Below are positions 39,170 to 49,845 of a stretch of 64,000 bases of DNA, piece by piece (positions within the stretch are counted from its first letter, which is position 1; each line of letters starts with the position of its first letter). Below the pieces are notes generated by a model, which was not told where the DNA came from, did no database searches, and worked only from the letters and a program-made list of their open reading frames with translations. The translations under genes and the position numbers were made by a program. Source of the DNA: Caldimonas sp. (GTDB lineage Bacteria > Pseudomonadota > Gammaproteobacteria > Burkholderiales > Burkholderiaceae_C); assembly GCA_040007855.1 (NCBI GenBank), contig JBDTUG010000001.1:4102-68101 (forward strand). The letters run 5' to 3'.

Positions 39170-40627
39170 ATGCGCATTCAACATCTGATCGGCGGCAAAC
39201 CGGTCGAAAGCAGCCGCTACTTCGAGACGATCAACCCGGCGACCCAGGAAGTGCTCGCGGAAGTGGCTTCGGGAGGTCAGTCCGAGGCGGACGCGGCCGT
39301 GGACGCGGCGAAGTCCGCCTTTCCGAAATGGGCTGGCCTTCCGGCCGCGGAGCGCGCGAAGCTCGTGCGCAAGCTCGGCGACCTGGTCGCCGCGCACGTG
39401 CCGGAGATCGCCCGAACCGAGACGATGGACTGCGGGCAGCCGATCGGCCAGACGGGCAAGCAACTGATACCGCGCGCGGCCGACAACTTCTACTACTTCG
39501 CCGAGATGTGCACGCGCGTCGACGGGCACACCTATCCCACGCCGACGCACCTGAACTACACGCTGTTCCACCCCGTGGGCGTTTGCGCCCTCATCAGCCC
39601 ATGGAATGTCCCTTTCATGACGGCCACCTGGAAGGTCGCGCCGGCGCTGGCATTCGGCAATACCGCGGTGCTGAAGATGAGCGAGCTTTCGCCGCTGACG
39701 GCGGCGCGCCTGGGCGAGCTCGCGCTCGAGGCGGGAATTCCGGCGGGCGTGCTCAATGTCGTGCACGGCGTGGGCAAGGATGCGGGCGAGCCGCTCTGCC
39801 GCCACCCCGATGTGGCCGCGATCTCGTTCACCGGCTCGACAGTCACCGGCAACCGCATCGTGCAGGCGGCCGGACTGAAGAAGTTCAGCATGGAGCTGGG
39901 TGGGAAAAGTCCCTTCGTCGTCTTCGACGACGCAGACATGGACCGCGCGCTCGACGCCGCACTGTTCATGATCTTCAGCAACAACGGCGAGCGCTGCACG
40001 GCTGGTAGCCGGATCCTTGTTCAGGAGAAGTCGTATGCCGGGTTCGTTGCGAAGTTCGCTGAGCGCGCCCGGCGAATCCTGGTGGGCGATCCTCTCGACG
40101 AGAAGACTCTCGTCGGGCCGATGATCAGCCAGGCGCACCTGGCGAAGGTGCGTGGCTACATCGAGCTCGGCCAGCAGGAAGGCGCGACGATGCTCTGCGG
40201 CGGCCTCGAGGCTCCCGAGCTGCCGGCCCACCTGCGAAAGGGCAACTTCGTGCGGCCGACGGTTTTCGCCGACGTCGACAACCGCATGCGCATCGCCCAG
40301 GAAGAGATCTTCGGACCGGTGGCCTGCCTGATTCCGTTTTCCGACGAGGCCGACGCGATTGCCAAGAGCAACGACATCGCCTACGGCCTGTCGAGCTACG
40401 TCTGGACAGAGAACCTCGGGCGGGCCCATCGTGTCGCCGCAGCCATCGAGGCCGGCATGTGCTTCGTCAACAGCCAGAACGTGCGCGACCTGCGCCAGCC
40501 GTTCGGTGGCACGAAGGCGAGCGGCACCGGGCGCGAGGGCGGGACCTGGAGCTACGAGGTGTTCCTCGAGCCGAAGAACGTCGCGGTGTCGCTGGGCGGG
40601 CATCACATTCCGCACTGGGGCGGGTAG
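39170..40627 (+). CDS. hpaE: 5-carboxymethyl-2-hydroxymuconate semialdehyde dehydrogenase
   Basis: SPWNVPFMTATWK, MELGGKSP, NNGERCTAGSR, NSQNVRDLRQPFGG, HHIPHWG. Confidence 0.93.
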   Translation: MRIQHLIGGKPVESSRYFETINPATQEVLAEVASGGQSEADAAVDAAKSAFPKWAGLPAAERAKLVRKLGDLVAAHVPEIARTETMDCGQPIGQTGKQLIPRAADNFYYFAEMCTRVDGHTYPTPTHLNYTLFHPVGVCALISPWNVPFMTATWKVAPALAFGNTAVLKMSELSPLTAARLGELALEAGIPAGVLNVVHGVGKDAGEPLCRHPDVAAISFTGSTVTGNRIVQAAGLKKFSMELGGKSPFVVFDDADMDRALDAALFMIFSNNGERCTAGSRILVQEKSYAGFVAKFAERARRILVGDPLDEKTLVGPMISQAHLAKVRGYIELGQQEGATMLCGGLEAPELPAHLRKGNFVRPTVFADVDNRMRIAQEEIFGPVACLIPFSDEADAIAKSNDIAYGLSSYVWTENLGRAHRVAAAIEAGMCFVNSQNVRDLRQPFGGTKASGTGREGGTWSYEVFLEPKNVAVSLGGHHIPHWGG

Positions 40628-40655
40628 TCTTCCACCGGCAAGCGAAAGGTCCGCC

Positions 40656-40982
40656 ATGAGCCTGTACGGGATGCAGAAGTTCCTCTACCACCTGAACCGC
40701 GACCCGCGCGTGCAGGCGCGCTACCGGGGGGAACAGGCCGCGCTGCTCGCGGAGTACCGGCTCGACGACGAGGAGCGCAGCGCCATCGAGCGCGGTGACC
40801 TGGGGTTGATGTACGTGCTTGGCACGAACGGACAGTTGTTGATGCACTTCGCTGCCTTCCTGGGCATGCCCTGGGCCGAGTACATCCAGGCGATGCGCGA
40901 CGGCGTGGCCCGCCACGGGCCGGTGCGCGCCGGCGTCTATGCGATGACCACGGCGATGGACGAGAAGGTGGCGGGCGTATGA
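40656..40982 (+). CDS. Aromatic ring-opening dioxygenase small subunit (LigA-like)
   Basis: MSLYGMQKFLYHLNRD...YRLDDEERSAI..GDLGLMYVLG; coupled to the LigB-like gene. Confidence 0.75.
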   Translation: MSLYGMQKFLYHLNRDPRVQARYRGEQAALLAEYRLDDEERSAIERGDLGLMYVLGTNGQLLMHFAAFLGMPWAEYIQAMRDGVARHGPVRAGVYAMTTAMDEKVAGV

Positions 40983-41797
40983 GCCTCGTCTTTGCCGGCG
41001 TCTGCAGTCACGCTCCCGGGATCACCGGCCGCGCCCACCTCGCCGATCCGGCGCTGCGCGATCCGTTCCACAGGGCCTTTCGTGCCATGGGCGACGAGAT
41101 GCGGGAAGCCCGGCCCGACGCGGTCGTCCTGGTCGGCGCCGAGCACTTCGCGAATTTCTTCATGGACAACATGCCCGCCTACGCGATCGGCATGGGCGAG
41201 GAATACGAAGGGCCGATCGAAGACCCGGCATGGCTCGGCATCCCGAAGACCCGGATTCCCGGCAACGCCGACCTCGGCAAGCGCATCGTCACCGAGGTGA
41301 TGGAGACGGTCGACGTCGCTTTCGCCGAGGAGTGGAAGTTCGATCACGGTCTGATCGTTCCGCTCCACTTCCTGACCCCGCGCTTCGACCTCGACGTGAT
41401 CCCGGTCAACATCAACTGCCAGGGGCCGCCGCTGACCCCGCTGCACCGCGCCTGGGCCTTCGGCGAGGCGCTGCGGCGGGCGGCCGACAAGATGCCCGAG
41501 CGGATCGCCATCGTCGCCACCGGCGGCATCAGCCACTGGCCGGCGACCCCCGACTCGGGCAAGATCAACGAGGCGTGGGACCGCGACTTCATGCAGCGCT
41601 GGCAGGGCAACGACAAGGCCGCCCTGCTGTCGTACCGCGACGCCGACATCTACCGCGACGCCGGCCAGGGTGGCTTCGAGATCCGCACCTTCATTGCTCT
41701 CGCGGCGGCTGCACGCGGCCAGGGATCGATCCGCCACTTTCAGCCGATTCCGATCTTCTCGGTCACCGGCACCATCGGCGTGATGGAGGTGAGGTAG
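40979..41797 (+). CDS. Class III extradiol dioxygenase catalytic subunit (LigB-like)
   Basis: [34 protein letters not shown]. Confidence 0.88.
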   Translation: MSLVFAGVCSHAPGITGRAHLADPALRDPFHRAFRAMGDEMREARPDAVVLVGAEHFANFFMDNMPAYAIGMGEEYEGPIEDPAWLGIPKTRIPGNADLGKRIVTEVMETVDVAFAEEWKFDHGLIVPLHFLTPRFDLDVIPVNINCQGPPLTPLHRAWAFGEALRRAADKMPERIAIVATGGISHWPATPDSGKINEAWDRDFMQRWQGNDKAALLSYRDADIYRDAGQGGFEIRTFIALAAAARGQGSIRHFQPIPIFSVTGTIGVMEVR

Positions 41798-41846
41798 TGC
41801 CCCGTCCGACCCTCCTCGACCCGCCCGCCGCCCGGAACCCCGCGAG

Positions 41847-42656
41847 ATGACCATGCTGTCCACCGAGCTCATCAATGCCCTGGCCCGCGAGCTTTACGAC
41901 GCCCGCAAGAACCGGGTCCAGGTTCGCCACTTCTCCCGTCGTCATCCGGGCATGACGATCGAAGACGGGTACGCCATCCAGCGCGCGTGGGTCCGGCTCG
42001 AACTGGCAGACGGGCGCAGCGTCAAGGGACGCAAGATCGGGCTGACGTCGCGGGCGATGCAACAGGCCAGCCAGATCACGGAGCCCGACTACGCGCCGCT
42101 GATGGACGACATGTTCTTCGCGCAGGGCACCGACATTCCGATCGGCCGCTTCATTGCGCCCCGGATCGAGGTCGAACTGGCCTTCATCCTGGGAAAGCCG
42201 CTCAAGGGGCCGGGCGTCAGCCTCTTCGATGTCCTCGCGGCGACCGAATACGTCAGCCCGGCACTGGAGATCATCGACGCCCGGATCGAGCAGTTCGACC
42301 GCGACGACAAGGGCATGCGCAAGGTCTTCGACACGATCTCGGATTTCGCCGCAAACGCCGGGATCGTGCTGGGGGGTCGCCCGGTCCGTCCCGACGCCGT
42401 GGACTTGCGGTGGGCAGGAGCGATGCTCTTCAAGAACGGCGTGATCGAGGAGACAGGCCTGGCGGCCGGCGTCCTCAATCACCCGGCCACGGGGGTCGCG
42501 TGGCTCGCCAACAAGATCGCGCCCCACGACGAGCAGCTGAACATCGGCGATGTGGTTCTCGCGGGTTCCTTCACCCGGCCGATCACGGCAGTCGCCGGCG
42601 ACTGCATTCACGCGGACTACGGCCCGCTCGGGACGATCTCGTTCCGGTTCGTCTGA
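41847..42656 (+). CDS. hpaH: 2-oxo-hept-4-ene-1,7-dioate hydratase
   Basis: [50 protein letters not shown]. Confidence 0.92.
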   Translation: MTMLSTELINALARELYDARKNRVQVRHFSRRHPGMTIEDGYAIQRAWVRLELADGRSVKGRKIGLTSRAMQQASQITEPDYAPLMDDMFFAQGTDIPIGRFIAPRIEVELAFILGKPLKGPGVSLFDVLAATEYVSPALEIIDARIEQFDRDDKGMRKVFDTISDFAANAGIVLGGRPVRPDAVDLRWAGAMLFKNGVIEETGLAAGVLNHPATGVAWLANKIAPHDEQLNIGDVVLAGSFTRPITAVAGDCIHADYGPLGTISFRFV

Positions 42657-42840
42657 GCAATCACGTGAAAATCTTCCCCGGCGTTTTGGCACAAAGAATG
42701 CCTGACAAGTCCCAGTTGGCAAACGCCAATCCCGTTGGGGAGGAACACCACCGGGATCTGCAGCGCTTCGGTCGAGGGCCTCATGGCTGCCATTTCGCGC
42801 GTCCATTTGATCCACCTGTCCGACACTCCACTCGAGGCGG

Positions 42841-43401
42841 GATTTCGTCTGGAATCTCCAGGGAGCGGCCAAGGTCAGTGCAAAGATCGCCGAGATGATC
42901 GAGATGGCGACCAAGCACGTCTGGATCAAGGCGCACGAGACTGTCATAGAGACCCATCGGATCGCGCTTCAGGATGCCGCGAAGCGCGGGGTGAAGATCC
43001 TGATCATCCTTTTCGGCGCCGACGGAGATCGTTTCCGATTCAACAAGAATGTTCGCGTCTATCTGCACGAAGGCAATGGGGTGCGCGTGGGCAATGCCGA
43101 CAATCTCTTCACCATCACGACGGACTTCACGACCGCCCTGACGGCGAAGATGCAGGGGGATGTGTACGCCGCGTACACGCGAAGCGAGCCGATTGTCACG
43201 ATGGCCGAATCGCTCATCAGGCACGATCTCTATCTCGCCGAGATCTTCCAACGGTTCGGCCCCCAGATCGATGAAGCGTTCGGCCCTTTCATGCTGTCGT
43301 TGCGGCGGGCCTATTTCTCGCCCGAGCAACTCACCTGTCTGGAAGGTACCCTGAGCCCTGAGCAGCATGGGAATCTCGCTCGAGCCGCTGCGATCTGCTA
43401 A
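42841..43401 (+). pseudogene. TrmB-family regulator C-terminal domain, N-terminal HTH lost
   Basis: DFVWNLQG..KIAEMIEMATKHVWI...AAKRGVKILIILFG...IRHDLYLAEI; no intact upstream frame. Confidence 0.5.
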
Positions 43402-43415
43402 GCAAGGGGTCCGTC

Positions 43416-44216
43416 TCAAACGACGATCGGCATCGCGGCTCCATCCATCGAAAGTACGGCGCCGGACACATAGCTGGCGCGTGAGGATGAGAGGAACACG
43501 ACGACGTCGGCCACTTCCGCGGCCTCGGCTGGACGACCGAGAGGCAGCGACCCGGCGACGCGCCTGAGAATCTCCTCGGGTGTCAAACCGGTGTAGCCGC
43601 TCTCTACCGCGATGCCCTCCTTCAGCCTCTCGGTCATCGTCATCGCCGGGTTTACGGCGTTGATCCGGACGCCCTTCGGCCCATAGACCGAGGCTAGCCC
43701 GGCGGTCGCGAGCATCAGCGCGGCATTGGCGGCCCCTCCAGGCAGATGCAGTGGTACGGCCACCTTGCCGCCGATGCCGATGATGTTGACGATCACGCCA
43801 TGGCCCCTTTCAGCCATCCGCTTGATCAAGCAGTCGATGACATTGATGTAGGTGAAGTACTTCGCCTGCATTGCATCGTGCCAGTGCTCCGGCGTCAACT
43901 CGTCGGCCGGCGTTCGCTTCGCCGCACCGGCGCTGTTGACGAGGACGTCGATCGGACCGCGCTCGCGCTCCACCGAAGTGACAGCGTCGCGCGCCAGGTC
44001 CGCATCGCGGAGGTCCGTGGCGTGAACGAAGACGGCCCCTTCGTTTGTCAGAGCTTCCTTCCCGAGGGCATCCGCCGCGCGACGCAGGCCTTCACCGTTT
44101 CGAGCCACAAGGCTGACCCTGGCGCCTTCCAGCAGGAACGCCCGGGCGCAGGCAAAACCGATTCCCTTGCTGCCGCCCGTGATCAGGACGTGCTGTCCTT
44201 GAAGGTGGAGATCCAT
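43416..44216 (-). CDS. Short-chain dehydrogenase/reductase
   Basis: TGGSKGIG, VNSAG, RINAVNP; YxxxK replaced by GGAANAA (atypical SDR). Confidence 0.88.
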   Translation of the reverse strand: MDLHLQGQHVLITGGSKGIGFACARAFLLEGARVSLVARNGEGLRRAADALGKEALTNEGAVFVHATDLRDADLARDAVTSVERERGPIDVLVNSAGAAKRTPADELTPEHWHDAMQAKYFTYINVIDCLIKRMAERGHGVIVNIIGIGGKVAVPLHLPGGAANAALMLATAGLASVYGPKGVRINAVNPAMTMTERLKEGIAVESGYTGLTPEEILRRVAGSLPLGRPAEAAEVADVVVFLSSSRASYVSGAVLSMDGAAMPIVV

Positions 44217-44290
44217 GGTGAGTCCCTCGGTTCAATCTTGGTCGCGGGGGTCAATGACGGATGCCGCGATCCGAAGACGACAATTCGACA

Positions 44291-45736
44291 CTACTCGCGG
44301 CGCTTCGCCCGGAAGGCTTCGACTGCCCTCACGCCGGCGAGCGCCTTCGCGGCGCTGGCGAGTTCGTCGAACACGGCGACACCGCGCTCGACTGCGATGC
44401 GCCGGTACTGGCGCTTGCTCTCCTCGATGTCGGCTTCGCCGTCCGACCGCAACACGAGGGCGATGTGCATGTTAGATGCCGATCTCTCGCGGACCTTGAG
44501 CGCCGCCTCGACGATGTTTCCCAGCATGTCGACGTGACGGAAGCTCATGATGACCGTCATGTTGACGTGGATCACGAGAGCGTCGGCCTGTCCGCTCGAT
44601 GAGACGATATCGATGATCCGCTCGGCAGCGCGGCCTTCGTCCTGCTGCAGCGCACCGGCCGGCACGTCGATCGGATTCGTGAAGGAAGACCCAGCGGGCA
44701 GCTTCAGCGCCTCCAGCGACGCGACCGTGCGTGCATCGAACGGCGGCACCCGGAATCCGCTCCGGTCGAACGCATCGGTGCCGAGCACGCTGGTGCCGCC
44801 GCCATTGCCGACGAGAACGACGTCCCTCGAGGCCGTCGGACGAAGTGACAGGCACTGGAACGCGAGCAAGGCATCCAGGAGTTCGTCCAGCGTGTCGACC
44901 ATCGTCGTGCCGGTCTGCCGGCAGAGCGCATCCCACGCGCGATCGCTGCCGGCAAGCGCGCCGGTGTGGGATGCCGCCGCACGGCGTCCCTGGCTCGTGC
45001 GCCCGCCCTTGAGCAGGACGACGGGTTTGCGCGCCTTGGCGGCTTGCAGCACCTCGAACAGCCGCCGCCCTTCGCGGGTACTTTCGAGATACAGACCGAC
45101 CAGTGCGGTGTCGGGACTGTCGAAGAAGTACTCGAGCAACTCCGACGCGCCGACATCGGCCGAGTTGCCGATCGTGACCAAACCGCTGAAGCGCAGGCCC
45201 CTGTTCTGGCCGCGCCGGATGATGTCTATACCGAGCCCGCCGCTCTGGCAGACGATGCCCACGGTGCCGGCATCGGCGCTCGTCCTCTCGGTGAAGGTGA
45301 CTCGCGCCTTCGGCGAATAGACGCCGAGGCAGTTCGGCCCGATCAGGCGCGTCCCCGCCTCACGCGCCGCAAGGACCAGTTCCGCCTCGAGGTCCGAGCC
45401 CCCATCGGTTTCGCCGAACCCGCTCGACATCACCTGCGCGAAGTGGACGTTGCCCCGGCCCGAACGCAGCACGTCGGCCGCGTTGCGCGCAGCCACCGCG
45501 ACGTACGCATAGTCCACCTTCATCGGCACTTCGGCCAGTGAGCGATGCGCCGGCAGCCCCTCGATCTCCGGGGCCGACGGGTGGATGGGAAAGATCCGGC
45601 CAGCGTAGCCGAAATTGCGCAGGTGCCGAATGAAGCGGTTGCCGCCGCTGACGGACGTCGCCGATGCACCGACGACTGCGATGCTAGCCGGCTCGAAAAG
45701 CGGCTTGAATGCAGTGGAAGCGGACATGACATTCAT
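44291..45736 (-). CDS. NDP-forming acyl-CoA synthetase, CoA-binding subunit
   Basis: SIAVVGAS, IGPNCLG, CQSGG, AAASHTGALAG (phospho-His), NPIDV. Confidence 0.88.
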   Translation of the reverse strand: MNVMSASTAFKPLFEPASIAVVGASATSVSGGNRFIRHLRNFGYAGRIFPIHPSAPEIEGLPAHRSLAEVPMKVDYAYVAVAARNAADVLRSGRGNVHFAQVMSSGFGETDGGSDLEAELVLAAREAGTRLIGPNCLGVYSPKARVTFTERTSADAGTVGIVCQSGGLGIDIIRRGQNRGLRFSGLVTIGNSADVGASELLEYFFDSPDTALVGLYLESTREGRRLFEVLQAAKARKPVVLLKGGRTSQGRRAAASHTGALAGSDRAWDALCRQTGTTMVDTLDELLDALLAFQCLSLRPTASRDVVLVGNGGGTSVLGTDAFDRSGFRVPPFDARTVASLEALKLPAGSSFTNPIDVPAGALQQDEGRAAERIIDIVSSSGQADALVIHVNMTVIMSFRHVDMLGNIVEAALKVRERSASNMHIALVLRSDGEADIEESKRQYRRIAVERGVAVFDELASAAKALAGVRAVEAFRAKRRE

Positions 45737-46449
45737 GCGGGCTCCCGGAGGATGAAACGGGCGTCGACCGCGCAGGCGCGATCCGGCGTGACGATCATCG
45801 GGTTGATGTCGATCTCGGCAACACGATCGCCGCAGGCCAGCAAGAGGCCGACCTCGCCCCCCAGCCGCAGCATCACATCGACCAGCGCGTCGATCGAAAC
45901 CGGCCTGTGCCCCCGTGCGCCGCGGAGCAGCGGACCTCCTCGCAACTCCTCGACCATTTCGACCGCGTCGAGTGCGGTGATCGGGCAGATCCGGAAGGCC
46001 ACGTCCTTCAGCACCTCGACGAACACGCCGCCGAGGCCGACCATGACCATCGGACCGAATTCCGGGTCGAGGATCCCGCCGACCACGACCTCGACCCCGC
46101 CCGCGACCATCTCCTCGATCAGCCATCCGGCCGGTTCGATGCCCTTCTCGAGAAGGCTGGCCCGCAGCCCGGCGATCACGCCTTCGATTTCCTCGGCAGT
46201 GCACAGGCCGAGGCGCACGCCGCCGACGTCGCTCTTGTGGACGACCCCGGCCGCGACCACCTTCAGCGCGAACGGTGGTGACATCGCGCTGACCGCCACG
46301 CCGATCTCGTCGTCGAGGCGCACGACGCGCGAACGCGGCACGTCAATGCCGAAGGAGGCGAGGATCCGTTTGCCGGAGGGCTCGTCGAGCGCCTTTGCGC
46401 CGCGCTTGCGTGCCTCGGCCAGCACGGCGTCGAGATCGCTGATGACCAT
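45733..46449 (-). CDS. NDP-forming acyl-CoA synthetase, ATP-grasp subunit
   Basis: HKSDVGGV, DPEFGPMVMVGLGGVFVEVLKD, EIDINP, AVDAR. Confidence 0.88.
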   Translation of the reverse strand: MVISDLDAVLAEARKRGAKALDEPSGKRILASFGIDVPRSRVVRLDDEIGVAVSAMSPPFALKVVAAGVVHKSDVGGVRLGLCTAEEIEGVIAGLRASLLEKGIEPAGWLIEEMVAGGVEVVVGGILDPEFGPMVMVGLGGVFVEVLKDVAFRICPITALDAVEMVEELRGGPLLRGARGHRPVSIDALVDVMLRLGGEVGLLLACGDRVAEIDINPMIVTPDRACAVDARFILREPA

Positions 46450-46469
46450 GCTGGCGCAGCCGCCGGTTG

Positions 46470-46691
46470 CTAGCGGCGGATCGAGATGATGGGGGCGCCC
46501 TCGGCAACCGGCTCGCCCTCGGCAACGAAGATCTCGGCGACGATGCCGCTCTCTGTCGCGAGCACCGGGATCTCCATCTTCATAGACTCGACATAGGCAA
46601 CCGGATCGTCCTCCGCGACCGGGTCGCCGACCGCGACGAGGATCTTCCATATCGAGCCGTTGACCTCCGAGAGAACGCTGATCGGTGCCAT
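46470..46691 (-). CDS. Biotin carboxyl carrier protein (73 aa)
   Basis: VESMKMEIPV biotinylation motif. Confidence 0.88.
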   Translation of the reverse strand: MAPISVLSEVNGSIWKILVAVGDPVAEDDPVAYVESMKMEIPVLATESGIVAEIFVAEGEPVAEGAPIISIRR

Positions 46692-46751
46692 CTGAAGCCT
46701 TTCGTTTCTTTATTTGGTCGCGGCCGCCGGTAGGGGGCCTGCGAAGGGTGG

Positions 46752-48287
46752 TCAGTAGCTGGTCGGCCAGTTCGAGAGCTGGTGCTTTCCCACCGCGCTT
46801 CCAAGCCGCGTCCGATGAACCTCGAGTAGCCGTGCGGTGCAGGCGCGCGTCTCGCGCGGATCGATGACCGCCTGGGTCTCGTAGAGCGAGGCGAGCCGCC
46901 AGGCCGATGTGTCGCGCGAGAGCTCCTCGACAAGCTTGTGGTACTTCTCGGGCTCTTCCTCTTCCTTGACGCCGAACAGCACGTTGACGCCCACCGTCGG
47001 AGCCATGAAGCCCAGGTCCGCGGTCGGCCAGCAGACAACCTCGTCGGAGTTGCGCCCGCCACCCATGTTCAGGTAGGCCTGCCCGTAGCTCTTCCGCATG
47101 ATCACAGAGATCTTCGGCACCGTGACCAGCGACAGCGCATTCATCCAGTTGATGATGCGCCCAGGCGCCGCGCGCCGCTCGCCGTCGACGCCGATCAGGA
47201 ACCCCGGCTGATCGACCAGGAACAACAGCGGGACGTTGAACGAGTCGCAAAGCACCAGGAAACTGACGACTTTGTTGCAGGCGTCGACGTCGATCGCGCC
47301 GCCCTTGAAGAACGGATTGTTTGCGACGATGCCGACGCTGCGGCCCTCGATCCTCGCGAGTGCCGTCACGATCGACTTGCCGAACCGGGACTTCAGCTCC
47401 ATCACGCTGCCGAGGTCGGCGACGACCTCGATGACCTTGCGGATGTCGTAGACCTTGCTCTTGTCTTCTGGTACGACCTCGAGGATCCGCGCGCCCCGAT
47501 CGGCCGAGCCTTCGGGCACGTCGCGGACTGGCGGCTCGGCATTCTGGTGGCTGGGCAGGTAGCCGAGGAAGCGCTTGATCGAGCCGATCGCCTCCTCGTC
47601 GCTATTGACGACGACGTCGACGAGTCCGGAGACTTCGGAGTGCATCTTCCAGCCGCCGAGCTCCTCGGAATCGACGGCCTGGTTGATCGCCATCGAGGTC
47701 ACCCGGCCGCTGGCCACCGCCATGGTCGCGCCCTTGCGCATCACGACGAAGTCGGACATGCAGGAATACCAGGTCGATGACCCGTAGCAGGCGCCGAGCA
47801 GCGCGCTGGCCCACGGCGACTGCCGCAGGCGCTGGTACTCGTGCGCGTCCTGACCGAGGATCGCACGCCCTTCGGCGCCCATCCGGTCAGGCATCCGCGC
47901 GCCGGTGGATTCGCCGAGGAATACCAGGGGCATCCCCGCCTTGGTCGCCACTTCCCGCATGTGGCGCAGCTTCTTGCCGTTCACCACCGAGCTCGAGGCG
48001 CCCATCACCGTGAAGTCATTCGACATCACGGCGACCGGCCGCCCTTCGATCTTGCCGAAGCCGCCAATTTTGCCGTCCGCTGGCGTCCGATCACGCACCT
48101 CGGGACGGTGCGACGTCGCGAACAGGCCGCTCTCGTGGAACGAGCCGGCGTCAAGCAAGCAGTCGAGACGCTCGCGCGCATTCAGGTGCCCCTCGGCCTT
48201 TCGCCGGGCGACCTTTTCCGGGCCGCCCATGCCGAGCGCCTTGAGCTTGATCCGTTCAAGCTCGCCGAGCATTTCCTCGTGGGCCAT
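46752..48287 (-). CDS. Acyl-CoA carboxylase carboxyltransferase (beta) subunit
   Basis: ARERL..LLD, DFTVMGAS, ELGG, DQPGFLIG, RKSYG, VIDPRETR. Confidence 0.9.
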   Translation of the reverse strand: MAHEEMLGELERIKLKALGMGGPEKVARRKAEGHLNARERLDCLLDAGSFHESGLFATSHRPEVRDRTPADGKIGGFGKIEGRPVAVMSNDFTVMGASSSVVNGKKLRHMREVATKAGMPLVFLGESTGARMPDRMGAEGRAILGQDAHEYQRLRQSPWASALLGACYGSSTWYSCMSDFVVMRKGATMAVASGRVTSMAINQAVDSEELGGWKMHSEVSGLVDVVVNSDEEAIGSIKRFLGYLPSHQNAEPPVRDVPEGSADRGARILEVVPEDKSKVYDIRKVIEVVADLGSVMELKSRFGKSIVTALARIEGRSVGIVANNPFFKGGAIDVDACNKVVSFLVLCDSFNVPLLFLVDQPGFLIGVDGERRAAPGRIINWMNALSLVTVPKISVIMRKSYGQAYLNMGGGRNSDEVVCWPTADLGFMAPTVGVNVLFGVKEEEEPEKYHKLVEELSRDTSAWRLASLYETQAVIDPRETRACTARLLEVHRTRLGSAVGKHQLSNWPTSY

Positions 48288-48327
48288 GGTTTCTCCTGTT
48301 GACTGGCGCGCTGCTGGGCCGTTCGCA

Positions 48328-49698
48328 TCACAGCATGTGCTGCATCGGGTGGCCCACGAACATCTTTTCCTTGACGAACCGGGTATCGAAGCTCCCGCCG
48401 ACGAATTCGGGTTCAGCCAGAAGCCGCTTGTGGAAATCCACGGTCGTCGGCACACCCGTGATCTGGAACTCGTGCAGCGCGCGCTGCATGCGTGCGATCG
48501 CTGCCTCGCGGTTCTCGTCCCAGACCACGATCTTTGCGATCAGCGAGTCGTAGTAAGGGGGCAGCTCGTAGCCCGCGTAGGCATGGGAGTCGACCCGGAC
48601 GCCAGGCCCCGAGGGGGCCAGGAACTCGACCAGCTTCCCGGGCTTCGGCATGAAGCCGCGCTGCGGATCCTCGGCGTTGATGCGGCACTCGATCGAATGT
48701 CCGCGGAAGCGGATATCGGACTGCTTGAACGGAAGCCGCTCGCCGCCGGCGATCCGGAGTTGGAGGCGGACGAGGTCCAGCCCCGTCATCAGTTCCGTCA
48801 CCGGATGCTCGACCTGAATCCGGGTGTTCATCTCGATGAAGAAGAACTCCTGGCGCGCGACGTCGACGATGAACTCGAGCGTGCCGGCGCTCCGATACGC
48901 GACCGAACGGGCCAGTCGACAGGCCGCATCCGTCATGCGCTGACGCAGGTCTTCGGAGAGTCCGGGCGACGGGCTCTCCTCGAGCAGTTTCTGGTGGCGC
49001 CGCTGCACCGTGCAGTCGCGCTCGCCGAGATGGATCACGTCGCGCCCGTCGCCCAGCACCTGGACCTCGACGTGCCGGATTGGAGATAGGTAACGCTCGA
49101 TATAGACCGCGCCGCTACCGAAGGACGAGGCCGCTTCCGACGAGGCCCGGTCGAGGTTCTCACGCAACTGCTTCTCGTTCTCGATCACGCGCATGCCGCG
49201 GCCGCCGCCCCCGGCGGAGGCCTTGATCAGCACCGGGTAGCCGACATCGCCCGCAATCGCCAGGGCCTCGTCGATCGAAGTCACCGGGTGCTGCGAGCCC
49301 TGCGCAACCGGAACCCCAGCCTCGAGCGCGAGCCGGCGTGCCGCCGCCTTGTCGCCCATCAGTCGGATCGCGTTCGCTTCCGGCCCGACGTAAGTCAACC
49401 CGGCCGCCACGCATGCTTCGGCGAATTCGGCGTTCTCGGACAGGAACCCGTAGCCCGGGTGGACCGCATCGCAACCGGCCATCGTGGCGGCCCCGATCAA
49501 CGCGTTGACGTTGAGGTAGCTCGCGCTCGCCTGGGCAGCCCCGATGCACACCGAACGATCGGCCATGCGGACCGGCAGAGACTCGCGGTCGGCGCTGGAA
49601 TAGCCCTGGACTGACTCGATGCCGAGCTCCCGGCAGGCGCGGACGATGCGGACCGCGATCTCGCCGCGGTTGGCGATGAAGAGACTGCGGATGGTCAT
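48328..49698 (-). CDS. accC: Biotin carboxylase
   Basis: ANRGEIAVR, HPGYGFLSEN, GGGGRGMR, EMNTRIQVEHPVTE, PYYDSLIAK. Confidence 0.93.
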   Translation of the reverse strand: MTIRSLFIANRGEIAVRIVRACRELGIESVQGYSSADRESLPVRMADRSVCIGAAQASASYLNVNALIGAATMAGCDAVHPGYGFLSENAEFAEACVAAGLTYVGPEANAIRLMGDKAAARRLALEAGVPVAQGSQHPVTSIDEALAIAGDVGYPVLIKASAGGGGRGMRVIENEKQLRENLDRASSEAASSFGSGAVYIERYLSPIRHVEVQVLGDGRDVIHLGERDCTVQRRHQKLLEESPSPGLSEDLRQRMTDAACRLARSVAYRSAGTLEFIVDVARQEFFFIEMNTRIQVEHPVTELMTGLDLVRLQLRIAGGERLPFKQSDIRFRGHSIECRINAEDPQRGFMPKPGKLVEFLAPSGPGVRVDSHAYAGYELPPYYDSLIAKIVVWDENREAAIARMQRALHEFQITGVPTTVDFHKRLLAEPEFVGGSFDTRFVKEKMFVGHPMQHML

Positions 49699-49790
49699 TG
49701 GAGAGACTTCATGTGTGCTTCGAAAGTGCCAAGGACGAGGTCCTCGACAAACGGCCGCTGCCAGATCGTCATGGGACTGTGTTAGTAGTG

Positions 49791-49808
49791 CATATCATAT
49801 ATATGTTT
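49791..49808. promoter_or_regulatory. Putative operator CATATCATATATATGTTT
   Basis: AT-rich motif upstream of accC; near-identical copy at 62098. Confidence 0.5.
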
Positions 49809-49845
49809 ACAGTCGAAGACGAGGCCTCGTGCGACGCGCCAGCCG

